From NCBI GenBank assembly GCA_010015585.1, contig ML975161.1: 64,000 bases of DNA; one strand, 5' to 3'. Shown piece after piece: positions 39,175-53,619 of the stretch. The notes beneath the pieces are model-generated. The model made no database searches, was not told the origin of the DNA, and saw only the letters and a program-made list of their open reading frames with translations. Every line of letters starts with the position of its first letter. Within the stretch, counting starts at the first letter, position 1. Source of the DNA: Eremomyces bilateralis CBS 781.70. Lineage: Eukaryota. The position numbers were made by a program, and so were the translations under genes.

Positions 39175-40190
39175 GCCATTACTTCTTGTCTTCTTACCTC
39201 CAACAATTGGCAGAGAAGTGCGAACTCTGTGCATTGCTCCGGGCTCAACTATCCCCAGCTGCGCAGCAAGAATAGTTAGCCTCCGATGAAGAGTGGCACG
39301 ACAACGCGAAGTCTCAGATCACGGCCAACACGTGTACCGCACTGCCTGAAATCCGGTTGGAAAATGGCTCTGCGCTTCGTACAGGGGGCAAACAGTTGTC
39401 TCACCCTTTTGTGAGGTTGGACGTTCTATGGGGCGTTGAACAGGAGTATCTAGGTCCATCATGGGAGCTGTCTGGGAATAGCACAGGCTCTAAAGAGACA
39501 GTAGCTCAAATCCAAGCTTGGCTATCGCAATGTCGACGTGACCATGTGGAGTGCGTTAATTAGTACGCTCGGACTGGCTGCCAACTCAACTGATCGACGT
39601 CGGGGATGAAGAGTGCTCCGAGAGTTCTCCCTAAACCACCAGTTCCGATAGGGAGCGAGTATCTGACATTAAGTCACTGCTGGTACTTTTATACAGTTAT
39701 ATTTGAATGCGGGCTCACATTTTTCTAGGGGAGAAGCAGAAACCATCAAGCTCACCAGTTCCAATGAACAAACATTACTGAACCGTATCTCTCCCGGCGA
39801 ACTTCCTAAGATGTTTAGTGATGTCATAGATTTCACACGGCGTTTAGGGTTCAGGTATATTTGGATAGACTCTTTGTAAGTGACATGACTCGAAGAACCG
39901 AGTGGACTCAGGCAGACCGGAGGGAAATTCATGACTCAGGAGAAGACTGCAAGTATGAGAGCTCGACTACGAGTGAGGTTTACGGGACCTGTGCTGAACA
40001 TTGCCGCATCATATGCCCAAGATGCAAATGGAGGCTGCTTTTCGAACCGGGACCCTGCGGCCTTGCAGACCCTCGATGTTTTTGGAATTAGGGTGATTCG
40101 TCTGTATAATCTAGCGGCTCACTCTTTCTATCCGATCATCAGGAACAGCCCACTCAATCGACGAGGCTGGGTTTTGCAAGTACAGAAGGC
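39175..40190 (+). pseudogene. Heterokaryon-incompatibility (HET) domain pseudogene
   Basis: Ordered HET hallmarks across broken frames: AEKCELCALL; STGSKETVAQIQAWLSQCRRDHVEC then a stop at 39561; WLPTQLIDVG; YLTLSHCW; ELPKMFSDVIDFTRRLGFRYIWIDSL; VLNIAASYAQDANGGCFSNR; SPLNRRGWVLQ. Truncated after that motif. Confidence 0.85.
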
Positions 40191-42378
40191 GAATCGACTG
40201 CGACGGATTTAGAGAAAACCATGGCAGAAAACCAAGCGCCTACCAAATCCGAGGATGATGGGGTGGGCCTTGCAAACGAATTAGGAGAAGAACCGATCGA
40301 CCGGCAGGAACATATGGATCGGCGGCAGAAGTCACTGAAGCGACGGCACGAGATGGTGCTACGGAAATGCGCTGAGTTGCTGAAATATATATGTCCTGCT
40401 TCTCGATCTGACAAGAACGTCGGTCAGGTAGTCCAGGAGGATGAGTATGGCGATGAACGTTTCAGCAAATATTCCATCACGCTCATATAAAAGAAGGCTT
40501 GATCCAGACTGAAAGCTGAAGAAGATCGAGACTCGAATGAAGACTTCAAGGAAAATAAAAGACATCGAAATGAATCGAACAGAGCTTCGGCTTGGATACC
40601 TCAATGACTCAACCTGTCGCAAAATCTAAGGGACCAAAAGGGATACCCCTAACTAAGGGCTTTTCATCTTCTGACACAACCATACCTCGGTGTGTATCAT
40701 GTTGCTGGCGAAAGCAAACGTCGCATTCCACTGGGTTGGGAAGCACAGTAATGCTCAGTATAGTGCATCTGCTGAGAGGTACTGGGATCTACATTGGCTT
40801 GCCATCAATTCATTGTACAGAAATTGGAATATGATTGTAGGGACAGAGAAGTTGTGTGGAAGTGAAGTCGAAAGGGAGAAGATAGGATGATTTGATTACT
40901 TAGCAGAGTCATCACGTGCAGCCCCATCACATGTAGCAGCCCTCAAGTTATTGTGAGTTGTTGGCAGTTGATGAGGTATGACGGCATGATGACGTCAACA
41001 CTCTCACCCACAGGAAACCTGATATTCGGCCGCGAGAAAAGGAGAAACGAGGAAAAGATAGGGATGAAACTTGCATATTACTTCAATTGAGTAAAACAGA
41101 GAGGAGGATATTGAAATCGGGAAATGGTTTCGCTGAGTTAGATCCGTATGCTCCCCGGAATCGTGGTAATATTCGTCCTCCTATCCCTCTTCGGTAGATA
41201 CTCGTGAAGTAGAAGTTACTCGGACCAGAATAGAATCTAGAAGCGCGTGTGGCATTGATCCAAGGGCAGTTAGAGGCTAATGATTGTATTGGGATTTCTC
41301 AGGGAGTCAAGCAAGGAGTCGACCATTCCTCCCTCGGCCAGTCTTTCCCGTAGCCGCTTCAACATCGTCGTATCGTCGTTGCCAGAGATAGTCCTTGATG
41401 AATTCCCTGAGTTCCTATTCCTCCCATATCAATCGATGCGCGTCAATCGAATTGGCGACTTCTGGAGAAGCCACCTTCGGACCTCCATTCCGGGTTCTCC
41501 CCGATCTCCCACTCCACAAAGACATCATTGGTCGTATCTCGTATCACACCGTAGAAGCGTGGCCCCGAAGTTACCTAGCACTAGGTGCTGCTTTCCTGCA
41601 TCATGGATCCGTTACGGAGTAGAATCCTGCGATCCCGAAGGAGAAAAAGCCATGTCGTCATAGCGTGCTCCTAGATCTTGCTATAGTCAATGCTTCAGAT
41701 TGCAGTTGGAGCTACCCGGGGTGATGCACAAAACCTCGATCCCCTCGGCCTCAGGATATACGAAGAGCCCATTTCCAAGCACCAGCACAACGCTATTTTC
41801 AGTGTTATTACAATACCATCCTGATCTTCATCCCATTCCATTTCCTTGCACAACGTATCGCCACAGTTTCTCTCTATCAAACTCCACACCGTCCATTCAA
41901 ATCGCCCCTGCGTGGCTGGACCCTCCAAAATCCGGTTCTCCTGCCCTTCTGGAAGACTAATGTTTCTAAACCAGGTACTCTCTTCCACTGAAAAATCAGA
42001 CACAATTCCGGAGACATTTCCTTGAAAAACGGCCTTTTCGAATTCCATCCACAACAGACAAAATTTTACCTACCCACCCGGAGAGAGTTCCGACCACGAC
42101 GGAGACGCGCTGAATTCCTGAACTCCCATATCGAGCTGAATCGCATCCATTATTTTCGATCCTTTGTCTCGCAGCTGTCAATTAAGAGCCAGATTGCGCC
42201 AGTTCAGTTACGTCTATTGCTGGACCCCACTGCACTACCCAAACCATCGCGGTATCTCCCCTACCTCTACCCCACCTCCACCGCAGATATCGATCCCAAT
42301 TCCATCATCCCCATATCCATTTCCCAATTTCCATCGCGGAATATCCATCTCCTCTAACCGTCATCCACATCCATCATC

Positions 42379-43801
<1,423 letters not shown>

Positions 43802-44782
43802 CGAATCGAACCTCAACCCTGATGTGCGTACCGACCCTGCTCGGAGCGTGTAACGACGACACTACTTCACACGACTACGACGCCATCGGCGATGACGCAG
43901 ACCGGTCGCTGGTGGAAGCAAGGAATCGCGGAAGGGATGAAGTCACGAGAAAAGGAAATACCGGGCATGGATCATCGCGATCCGATGACGCACGCCGACA
44001 CTGATATTTTTTTCGTTCCTGGTTTATTTTTATCGTCATGGTTTGGTGCGAGACTGGTCTCCGCTGATCGGAGACAGGAGAGCGGGCGAGCTAGCGTTGG
44101 CTCGTGGGAGGTTTTCTATATCGCTACATACAGGCAGCATGGGCAATGGGGTTGTCGGGATGCTTGGTTTGCGGAGGATGGATAGGGGAAAAGGGGAGAT
44201 GGTGGGGATGGGCGTAGGGTAGGGTAGAGAATACATGAATTATAATCACGATGATGCGCTTTGGTCATACGATGCTTAATTCACGGGGGTAGAGCTTGTG
44301 GGGATGTCGGTCGCTGTAAAATAGCGCGGGCGGCGCGCCGGGGAAAAGGGGGTTGTCAGGACTTTGATACGCCTCGATAATAGGGGATTCGAGTGCCTCC
44401 AGGATCACCCACTTCGATGGCTTCTTGTCCGGGGCACATTTTGAAACCCCCCAGTCCATGGTCTATAAGGACATGATCGAAACGTCACTCATCCCCGCCT
44501 CCAGACACCACCATTCTGAACGCAAATACTATTCTACGAAAATATCAAAATGTCTATACAACTGTCCTATCAACGCGTGCATCCCCTTTCTACACGACCT
44601 ATATCATTTCACGTCCGCCCGAACCCCTTTCCCAAACGAAACGAAGCGATATGCGGACTCTTTTCAAATGAGGAATATGAATGGATGTATGGTACAAGAT
44701 TGCGGGAACTGGATGGGTGCATAGGCGGGGGTGGCCGACGGTGTGTTCTTGGTTCTTTTGGGTTGGGTTGGAGTTCAGACGC

Positions 44783-46472
44783 TTAGTTCAGCGCCTTGAT
44801 GACGGCGCCGGCGTATTCGTGGGTCTTGGCTTTGCCGCCCAGGTCGCCGGTGATGGTCTGAGGAAGTGGGTTAGTAGGACTTCTTTGGGTGATGTTCGAG
44901 GGACGCTGTTTGCTAGAGATGAAATGGGAATTCCGGAGAGAATGGAAAGGAAACGGGAAGAAGACGACATACCTTGCCCTCAGCCAACACCTTGAAGATG
45001 GCGGTCTGAATCTGCTCCGCATGTTGGTGGAGTCCCATATGCTGCAGCATCATGATGCTGCTCAACAGCAACGCGGTGGGATTCGCGAGCCCCTTCCCGG
45101 CAATATCCGGCGCGCTTCCATGGACGGCCTCGAAGATCGAGCACTCATCGCCAATGTTTCCAGACGGCGTCAGACCCAGTCCACCGATCAACCCGGCGCA
45201 CAGATCGGACAGGATATCGCCGTACAAGTTCGGCATGACCAAAACCAAGTCCGCGTACGGCGCCGGATCCGTCACCATCTTCAAGCAGGTATTATCCAAC
45301 AACTCCGCATCAAACTCGATCTGGGGGAACTCCTTCGCCACGTCCCTGGCGGTCCGCAAAAACAGCCCGTCGCTCATCTTCATGATGGTCGCCTTGTGCA
45401 CGACACGCACCTTGGGCTTCCCGACCTCAAGGGCGTACTGGAAGGCGAATCGGAGGACGCGCTCAGAGGCGGCGCGGGTGATCAGCTTGATGGACTGGAC
45501 GACGCCATCGACAACGATGTGCTCGATGCCGGAGTACTCGCCCTCGGTGTTCTCGCGGATCAGGACGGTGTCGACGTTGTCGTAGGGGGTTTGGTAGCCG
45601 GCGATGGATTTGCAGGGGCGGACGTTGGCGAAGAGGTTGAAGGTGCGGCGGAGGGTGAGGTTGAGGGAGACGTGACCTTTGCCGATAGGGGTCTAGGGTG
45701 GTTAGTGGGATGAGGGTGAGTGGAGGGGGGTAACGTACGGCGAGAGGACCTTTCAGCGCAACGTAGTTCCGTGTCACACTGTCAATGGCCTCTTGTGGGA
45801 TCACGGTGCGGCCGTCTTTTAGCTGGGGAGTGACATCGACGGATTCCCATTTGATCGGGACCTGGATCATCCATGATTAGATTTGCTGCGGTCGAGGGGA
45901 GGACTGTTCATACCTTGGCGGCGGTGAAGATGTCCTTGACTGATTGCGCAATTTCCGGTCCGATACCGTCGCCCTCGATTAATGTGACGGTGTATTTTCC
46001 CTATGCTCAAGTGGTCAGCTGTGTTCATGTTGGAGCGCTTGGTCGATATCTGGGTGGAAGAAATTGATAATCCTTCGCTTTGACGTTCCCCCAGTCAAAG
46101 ATAGCGGGAAGTCGTAGATGTAATTATCGACTTTCCGAATCAAATGAAGAGAGGAAAAATGTCAATTAAGCAACGCCCTTGGGATATGCTCAGGACCATC
46201 AATTTCTACCCCTCCGGATGGACCATGGTTCGGAGGTGCGGAATGTTCGGAGTTGGCGGATCGTACATCATTGCCTTTCGTTCCCAAAAATTTGGCGACT
46301 CGGTCATTCTTTGCGATGGCGGCATAGGATCGAGCCTGTTAAGCCGAGTTAGATTCCGTTCCTCTTATCCGTATAGAGAATTGATCTCTGGTACCTGGGT
46401 CCAACTAGGAGTGAAACTGGCTCGCGCCAGGTATCTGCACGCGGGACGAGCAATTAACCGAGTTGCTACCAT
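44783..46472 (-). CDS. IDH2: Mitochondrial NAD-dependent isocitrate dehydrogenase catalytic subunit 2, 383 aa; exons 46472-46395, 46335-46267, 46000-45914, 45861-45739, 45692-44973, 44857-44783
   Basis: Arg-rich presequence [88 protein letters not shown] and TGDLGG. The six exons sum to 1152 nt. Confidence 0.97.
46052..46236 (-). ncRNA. Candidate structured RNA element inside IDH2 intron 2
   Basis: 16-bp closing stem (46207-46192 with 46074-46059, two G-U pairs in the sense orientation) enclosing 3-4 hairpins, plus a flanking CCTCCG/CGGAGG hairpin. Identity unknown. Confidence 0.5.
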
Positions 46473-46775
46473 TTTGAGTAATTGGCGAGCCGATACCGAG
46501 TGTAGAAAGAAGAGAAAGGTATGGAGGGAATGGGTGAGGAGAATTGGGTGGAAGAAGGGGTGGGGGAGAGAATGGAAGATAAAACGCATCCATCCCATCG
46601 CCCTAAAGACGTTCTTCAACTTCTGCTGCATCATTACCGTGCAATCCCAGCAAGGCAGGAGCGGGTGGGCCTGCACGGCCACATGCCAAGCCGGCAGGTC
46701 AGCCACATTTACGGTTCAGCGGAACACAGGCACGTGACAGGAACTCTGGTGAACCACATGCAGGCGCTTCGCGTA

Positions 46776-46813
46776 AGGTATTCAGGCATTAAGGCATTCA
46801 GGCATTCAGGCAT
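46776..46813 (+). repeat. 8-bp tandem repeat (AGGCATTC) x~4.7 in the IDH2/SEC5 divergent promoter
   Basis: aggtattc aggcatta aggcattc aggcattc aggcat. Confidence 0.85.
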
Positions 46814-46947
46814 ATCACTGCTTGGCTCCATAACTTCACGTTGACGTCCAGACAGCTCAGGAGCTCCGATATCAGAGTACAGCTGTCACTACGACTTAAC
46901 CACCCGACAATCACCCTCCTGCCGTTCTGTATTGTAAATAATTCACC

Positions 46948-49900
46948 ATGGATGAAACCACGCTATTAAACCACTATAAGATCCTCTCGTTGTATCCCTC
47001 CGAGTACCCCGTCGAAAAGGACAACGAGGACAACGAGGACTCCGACGGCGACGACATACATGAACCACCCTCGCGGGTCACCTCGAAATCCATAGCCCAG
47101 GTCCCGGTGCAGCGCTCGAGATCACGGTATTCCATCCTCGAACGCCCGAATGGCCGAAGGAGCATCGCCGGGTTTGAGAAGACCAAGGAAGGGGCGGATA
47201 ATTTGGTGCAGAAGGATGAACCGGATCCGCTAGGGAGCAGCATGAGCGTGGTGAACGTTTTACGGTCGACAGGACTACCGGTGGAGCAGGATATGAAGTT
47301 AAGTATGTGGAAGCCAATTATAGAACATATTTTTGCTTGATGTATGCTTATATGTTCTAGGGAACAAGTTCCTCCTTTCGTCAACCACCTTCAATCCCTC
47401 CCTATTCCTCTCCCACATCCACAACAATGACTCCACCCAAGACCTCATGCAAGGTCTCGAGTTCCTCTCCCACTCCATCGAGAAGAAGTCCGCCTCCCTG
47501 AAAGTTCTGGTCGAGTCCAACTTCGAGCGCTTCGTCCGCGCCAAAGCCACCATCGACACCGTCTACAACGAGATGCGCGGGAAAAACACCGAGACATCGC
47601 CGGACCCTTCCCATAAACGCAAGCACTCCCGGAATCTAAGTAGAAATAGTATCGGCGGTCATTTCCGGAATAGCAGCGGGGCATTCAGCCCTCGGCTCGG
47701 AGTCGACAACGGGCGGTCCACCACGCCGGAAAAGCGGAAGAACGCCCTTCTAAAAGAGAACGATTACGGCGTCGCTCCAATCAAAGCCCCGATCCTCGAA
47801 GTCGCGGTGCGCGCCGAGGAGGTATGGGGCCCGGCGCTGGGCAGCCGCGATAAAGAGGAGACGCTCCGGGCGATCCTGGGGGCGGTAGAGAAACACCGCG
47901 CGATCTTCGAGCTGAGCGTGTCGATCGCGGACTCGATCAAACGGCGCGACAACGATAGCATCGTGGAGGAGTATGCGCGGGCGCGGAAGTACGCGGACGA
48001 TGCGCGGGCGATGGTGGAGGGGGCGTTGGAGAGCGGGGTGCAGATGCAGGATCGGGAGATCGAACAGGTCATCGTCACCGCGCGGATGTGGAACGATGTG
48101 GAAAGCCAGGTGGCGAAGTTCAAGCAGGGGGTGTGGAATCGGTTGGCGGGGACGCATTTCACGAGGCCCGGGACGGCGGTGGAGGAGAATGAGCCGGAGG
48201 AGCATATGGAACTGATTAGCATCCTGCTGGAGCTGGGGGTGGACGATAACCCCATTTGGATATGGTTGCTGAGTCGGTATGATTTCTTGAAGAATAAGAT
48301 CATCGCGACGGCCGAGCGGTCGAAAATCGAGGTTGAAATTCTCCGACGAAGGCTTGCGAGTGGGGAGAGGCCGAGTATGAAGATGATCGCGACGCATTTA
48401 CGGTCGGCAGGAAGTCATGGGAAACCCTCGAATTTAGCGACGTTCGACTCGACGAAAGTGCTGGAGTTCTGGGAACATTTATACACCACCATGAACGCCA
48501 TGTTGTCCGCGCAAGGCGGCATCTTGGGCGAAGTCATCGAATATTGGGCGACGGCCGAATCCTTCATCAACGGCAAAGCCCAACAATCCCTCCCCCCCGG
48601 CATCGACGGCCACGGCATCCGCCACCACCGCCTCTCCACCGCCGGCGTCGACAGCCTCCGCACCGGCGCCCGCGAACTCATCTCCCTCATCCGCGACAGC
48701 ATACACGCCATCTTCTCCGATCCCCCCACGGAAGACATCTCCCTCCTCCTCTCCCCCATCCCCAACAGCCCTGGCACCCCACGGACCCCTGCGTCCGCTA
48801 CCCTCCCCCCCTTCAGCGACACCCGCTTCCAATTCGACCCGCAGCACCTCCCGCCCCCGTCCCCCCTCCGCGGCGACCCCTGGGAGTCCTACTCCTTCTG
48901 GCCCCCCTTCGCCAATTCCCTCAGCGCCGCCCACTACCTCGGCCGCCTCCTCAACCTCCTCGGCACTGCCGCCAGCGAAATGGCCTCCCTCAGCATCATG
49001 CGCGACGGCACCGGCGCACGGCCGACCGAGTCGCTGAAGGCGCTGATCAACGTCGCGCGGGAGCGGTGCGTGGCCGCGGTGTGCGCGGCGTGGGTGGCGG
49101 ACGCAGAGAACGCGCGGGTACTGGAAGATTGGACGCGCAGCGCGGACGCGAAGGAGCTGACGAACCTGCCAACGCGGCTGATGGCGTTCGAAGGGACAGT
49201 GCTGGGGAGCATGCAGCGGATGCTGTACGTGAGCGAGGCGATGAATCGGCAGGGGTCGAGCGAGGTGGTGGTGCCGCCGAGCGCGAAGTTGCTGCAGCAG
49301 GTGCGGCAGCAGTTCGTGGGGAGCTTGTATAAGGCGCTCAGTGGGATTGTGGAGAATGCGAAGAGGCCGCGGAAGGCGGAGAGGGAGATGTGGGAGGTGG
49401 ATCCGGATAGTTTGTTGGCACCGGCGAATAAGGCGGGGAGAGTAGAATCAGGAAGCGTGGTGGATTCCTCGAACGCGGTATGTATCCCCTCTCTCATCTG
49501 CGTTATATCGACTGATTATCTAGAACACCCGCATCCTCCTCACCCTCAGCAACCTCAACGCCATCCGCCACGACATCGTTCCCCACCTCATCACCCAATT
49601 TGAAACCGACTTCTCCGTCCAACTCGCTTCCGAAACCTCCACCATCGCCGACCTTCTTTCCCAAATCGACGCCCAACTCTTCCACAGCTACGTCGACCCC
49701 CTCGCCGCCTCCCACCGCGCCCTCCTCTTCGCCGCCATCCCTTCCCCCGACTGGGCCCCGACGCAAAAACCCACCGCCACCTCCTCCTACGTCTCCGACG
49801 TCCTCCTCTCCCTCGTCCTCACGCACACCGAGGTCGCCAGCGCCGCGTCCCCGCTCCTTCCACGCATCCTGCAGCACCTCCTCGAGCAGCTATTCGAGGC

Positions 49901-50292
49901 GATGATCGGGGCACTGGGGGAAAGGAAGCGGTATCCGCTGCCGGCGCTGATGCAGGCGACTATCGACTGCGAGTTCACGGCGCAGACGCTGATGGCGTAC
50001 ACGACGAACAAGGTGACGGAGTTGCAGGGGGCGATTTATCCGATGCTGGACGGGAAGACGGATCATGAGGCGCGGTTTCAGTTGAAGAATGAGTTGCCGG
50101 AGATGAAGATGACGTTGAAGCGGTTGAAGGAGAGTACCCAGGGAGAATTGTGAGTGTTTTTTTTCTTTTTCGTCTTTCTATTTCCGCATTCTTGGGTGAT
50201 GCGGTGCTAATTCGGTGTGCAGCCTCTGCTTCAGGCGCCCACGCAACCACGATCGATCGAAGGGCGAGCGACGCAACGAGCCGCCTCGATAG
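46948..50292 (+). CDS. SEC5: Exocyst complex component Sec5; exons 46948-~47302, 47361-49477, 49524-50149, 50223-50292
   Basis: NLVQKDEPDPLG, NKFLLSSTTFNPSLFLS, LSHSIEKKSASLKVLVESNFERFVRAKATID, VRAEEVWGPALG, LLELGVDDNPIWIWL, RILLTLSNL and LMQATIDCEFTAQTL; three GT-AG introns join the ORF pieces. Confidence 0.95.
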
Positions 50293-53200
50293 GCGATAAC
50301 GGACGGTATCAGAGCCGCAAAGATCCCATCGAATCGCCCCTGTACAGTACACAACCTCTACCAACCCGCGTATTTCAGCGCCCCTTCCGTGTCCGTCGTA
50401 CCTCATCTTTCTTCCCCGATCATTTATCCCCACACAGTTCATCTCATCCGCACCAGGGAAGGATCGCCAACATCCCCCATCGCACAACATGGCGCACCAG
50501 CGAATTCGGACAGCACGTGATATTCCCTGCGCCTTAGTTCGCATACGTCCGTGGTTAGGGTTTTTTCGACATCTGGCCGGGCCGACGATCCGCCTTCCGT
50601 CCACGTTGTTGCAGGGATGCATTTTAATGCAGTTTGTTATGCAGCTTAGTTTGACGCGATGCCTTGGTCGTAATTCGGAACATGCTAGCTGGGACTTGTT
50701 GGACTTTGGTCGTTGGAGGAGCTAGGTCTTAACTGGAATTGGGAATTGATAGATGCGCTATTCAGTGCTTGGAGGGTTCGAATGAACGGAGGAGGGGCAG
50801 TAGTAAATAACATCCTCGTAGTACATAGTAAGGTATAGGGTTCTGCTCGGGGCAATTCTTAGGCCTCAGCGACGCTCATCCGCCCATCTACCTTATGCAT
50901 CATGTATAACTGCACTCCTACCTGTGACCCGCCCATCCTCCCTCCCGATTCCAACTAAGCATAATTTGGAATCCTCCCAAGCGAGCTAGTCACCACGGAC
51001 GCGGCTAATCATAGCGCACCGCATGCCCCCATCGTATCGATCCTATAATTAGTACGCATAAATCCACCGTCCGCATCAGCACTCCCCCGCATTGTGGCGT
51101 CAAGGGATGAGACCCGTAGCTTACACAGTAAGAGTCAAGGCATTGAACTGTTCGTTTCAATCATTGAGCGGTTGTTTCGTGCTTGGTTTCCTTTGGGGGG
51201 AGGGATGAGGTAGGCAACATCTTTGTTGCCACGTGGGTGAGGGACCTGGTTTGCATGATGTTGGGGCAAGGGGTTTGAAATTTTGGATATTGAATGCCGA
51301 GGATCGGCGGGTGAAGGATCGGCGAGGGGGGGTCCCGGAAGCGAGAAAGGTCAGAGACGGAGGAACGGACGGGGGAGAAGAGGTGGGAGTTTGGATCTCG
51401 GTTGCTGGTGCAGAATACTGTTCTGTGTTGGATTTCGCTCTTGAGATGGAGATTTGATTATTAATACTGTCGATATTTATGGACGAGTGCGAGGGGGAAA
51501 GACTCAGAGTCGGTTTATATGGCGATGGGGTTCGATAGTCGCATTATCAAAAGGTATCATATGGGAAGAGCATATTGACGATACTGATCTCTGCTGCGCA
51601 TACATGTTCCCATTCGGCGATTCTCGAGGAACATGTAGATTCATCTGGATTGGAGCGACCCCCCTCCGAATTATGCTCGGGAGGTTTCATGAATCGATGA
51701 CACGAAAACAAGCGATGCACTTCTCCGTTCCTCCCACCATATCTACTCCGCTCCGGTCAACCACGAGCCATCACGAGCATCACGATGAAGACGGTGGCCT
51801 GTCGAACGCACAATGCCAAGTCTGTCCCATGAATTCCTACGCGGTAGCGCTCGGTTTCACAAGGGATTGAACGCGTTTCGGTAAGGCTATGCCGCCTACG
51901 CCACGTTTTTCCCTTGCACGGCACGGATACGTGTGGTGTTTGGTTGAGGTTGGAGTTTGTTCGAGGGAATGGAACGCTTCTGGGGACGCGCAGCAGGCAG
52001 GTAAGAATTCCGTGAACGATTAGTACGTAGCGTGTTAATGTAACGTACCATACGTAGTAGTACAACAGGAGCGCAAACATGAATCAAAGACGTCTCCTAG
52101 TTTCCGGTTCGACATGCAGGGGATGATTCAAACTGCCAAGTGTGCCAACAAGCACGGTCGGTTCGGTGGATTTGCATCCCCTATCCTGGCCGATTTTGTA
52201 ATTTGGTCGGTAGATTTGGAAGGTGAAAGCGGGGGTGTGCGTCCATCCATGGCAGTAGTCAGTATGTATCGATTGTCAGTTGCCAGTTGCTAATAATTGG
52301 ACGGGATAATAGCAGACGGAGATTCTGCGTGTGAGTCGATTCGATAAATGATTCCCTCCAGGCTCCAGCCCACACGAGAGGATCTGCATTGCCTGCTTGC
52401 TTTTTGCGATGTATCTTGCGTGTCATGTCCACCAATCCTCTCATCCGCCCGCCCACTCACCTAGGCTCCAGTCTCCTATCCCCAACATCCAAACCCTCCC
52501 TCCCATCCATCCACCACACTAGTCAGCAGCAACATCTCACATCCCACCAGCATGCCCCCTCGAAGCGAAAGCCAAAAGAGAAAAGAGGGGCCTAGAGATT
52601 TCGACATGGATGCACAACGGAGGTTCAGTTAAGGAAAGCATCGGGTCGGGGTCAATGGTTAGCTTCGTTGCAAGCGCCAGAGCCCCCAGCCCGGGAGGGG
52701 AAACGAGCATTAGGGCGGTCTGTGCCCATCCCGTGCCTGAATCCCCGAATCCGTGAATCCCGTTAAGCGGGGCTGGGCGTCGTGGGGAGGGGAAACGGAG
52801 AGGAGGATGTCGGATGCATTCGAAGGATTGGCTTGTATGTGGGAGGGGATGTGGATTGGTTGATTGGAGGGGTATGGAATTGGAACTGGTGGACGCGAGA
52901 TGGAGAGGGAAGAGGAGGGGGGGAGAGTGAAGGATAGGATGGGTGTTGTGCATGTGTGGTGCCGACGTGCAGATACCGCATACCACGAGGTAGATTGATT
53001 AACACCTTGAGAATTGACAATGAGAACATGGAAACAATCGAACCGCTGCACACTATTCCGATATCCGTAAGTCTGGAATCCCCCTATCGTCGAATGATTC
53101 CTTCCTGGATTGAGACGAGAGAGGCGGATAGAGTAATACCTCACATGACCTGGACAGCCATTTCAGGCATTCAGGCATGTCATGACCCGCACTCTCACCA

Positions 53201-53547
53201 GCTCTCACAGCTCCAAAGTCCACACTCACCCACAGCTTTAAGCTCACACCCGCCATCTCCACCATCTCCTCCTCCTGTTACTTGTCAGTCCTCCTCCTCA
53301 CCCACATCTCTCTCTCCGGTTCACTTATTCCAAGTGTCCCCCCCATTGTTTCTCACTTCGTAATTACCTCATTCGGCCGTAATTGTCTAATTCCCTCTCG
53401 CATCTCTCCCCTCAATCCCCCCAACATCGTTTCGTTTGTTCCAACGTCACAACTTGAACCCTCTCTCCCGGTCATTCCCATCCACCAATTCATTCCCCCA
53501 CATCATTCATCCATCCATCGCTATTCTCCCTCTTTTGTATACCTATC

Positions 53548-53619
53548 CATCTTCATCTTCATCTTCATCTTCATCTTCATCTTCATCTCCATCCCCATCC
53601 CCATCCCCATCCCCATCTC
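53548..53619 (+). repeat. Compound hexanucleotide microsatellite (CATCTT)6-CATCTC-(CATCCC)4-CATCTC
   Basis: Read directly from the sequence, upstream of the G-alpha gene. Confidence 0.95.
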
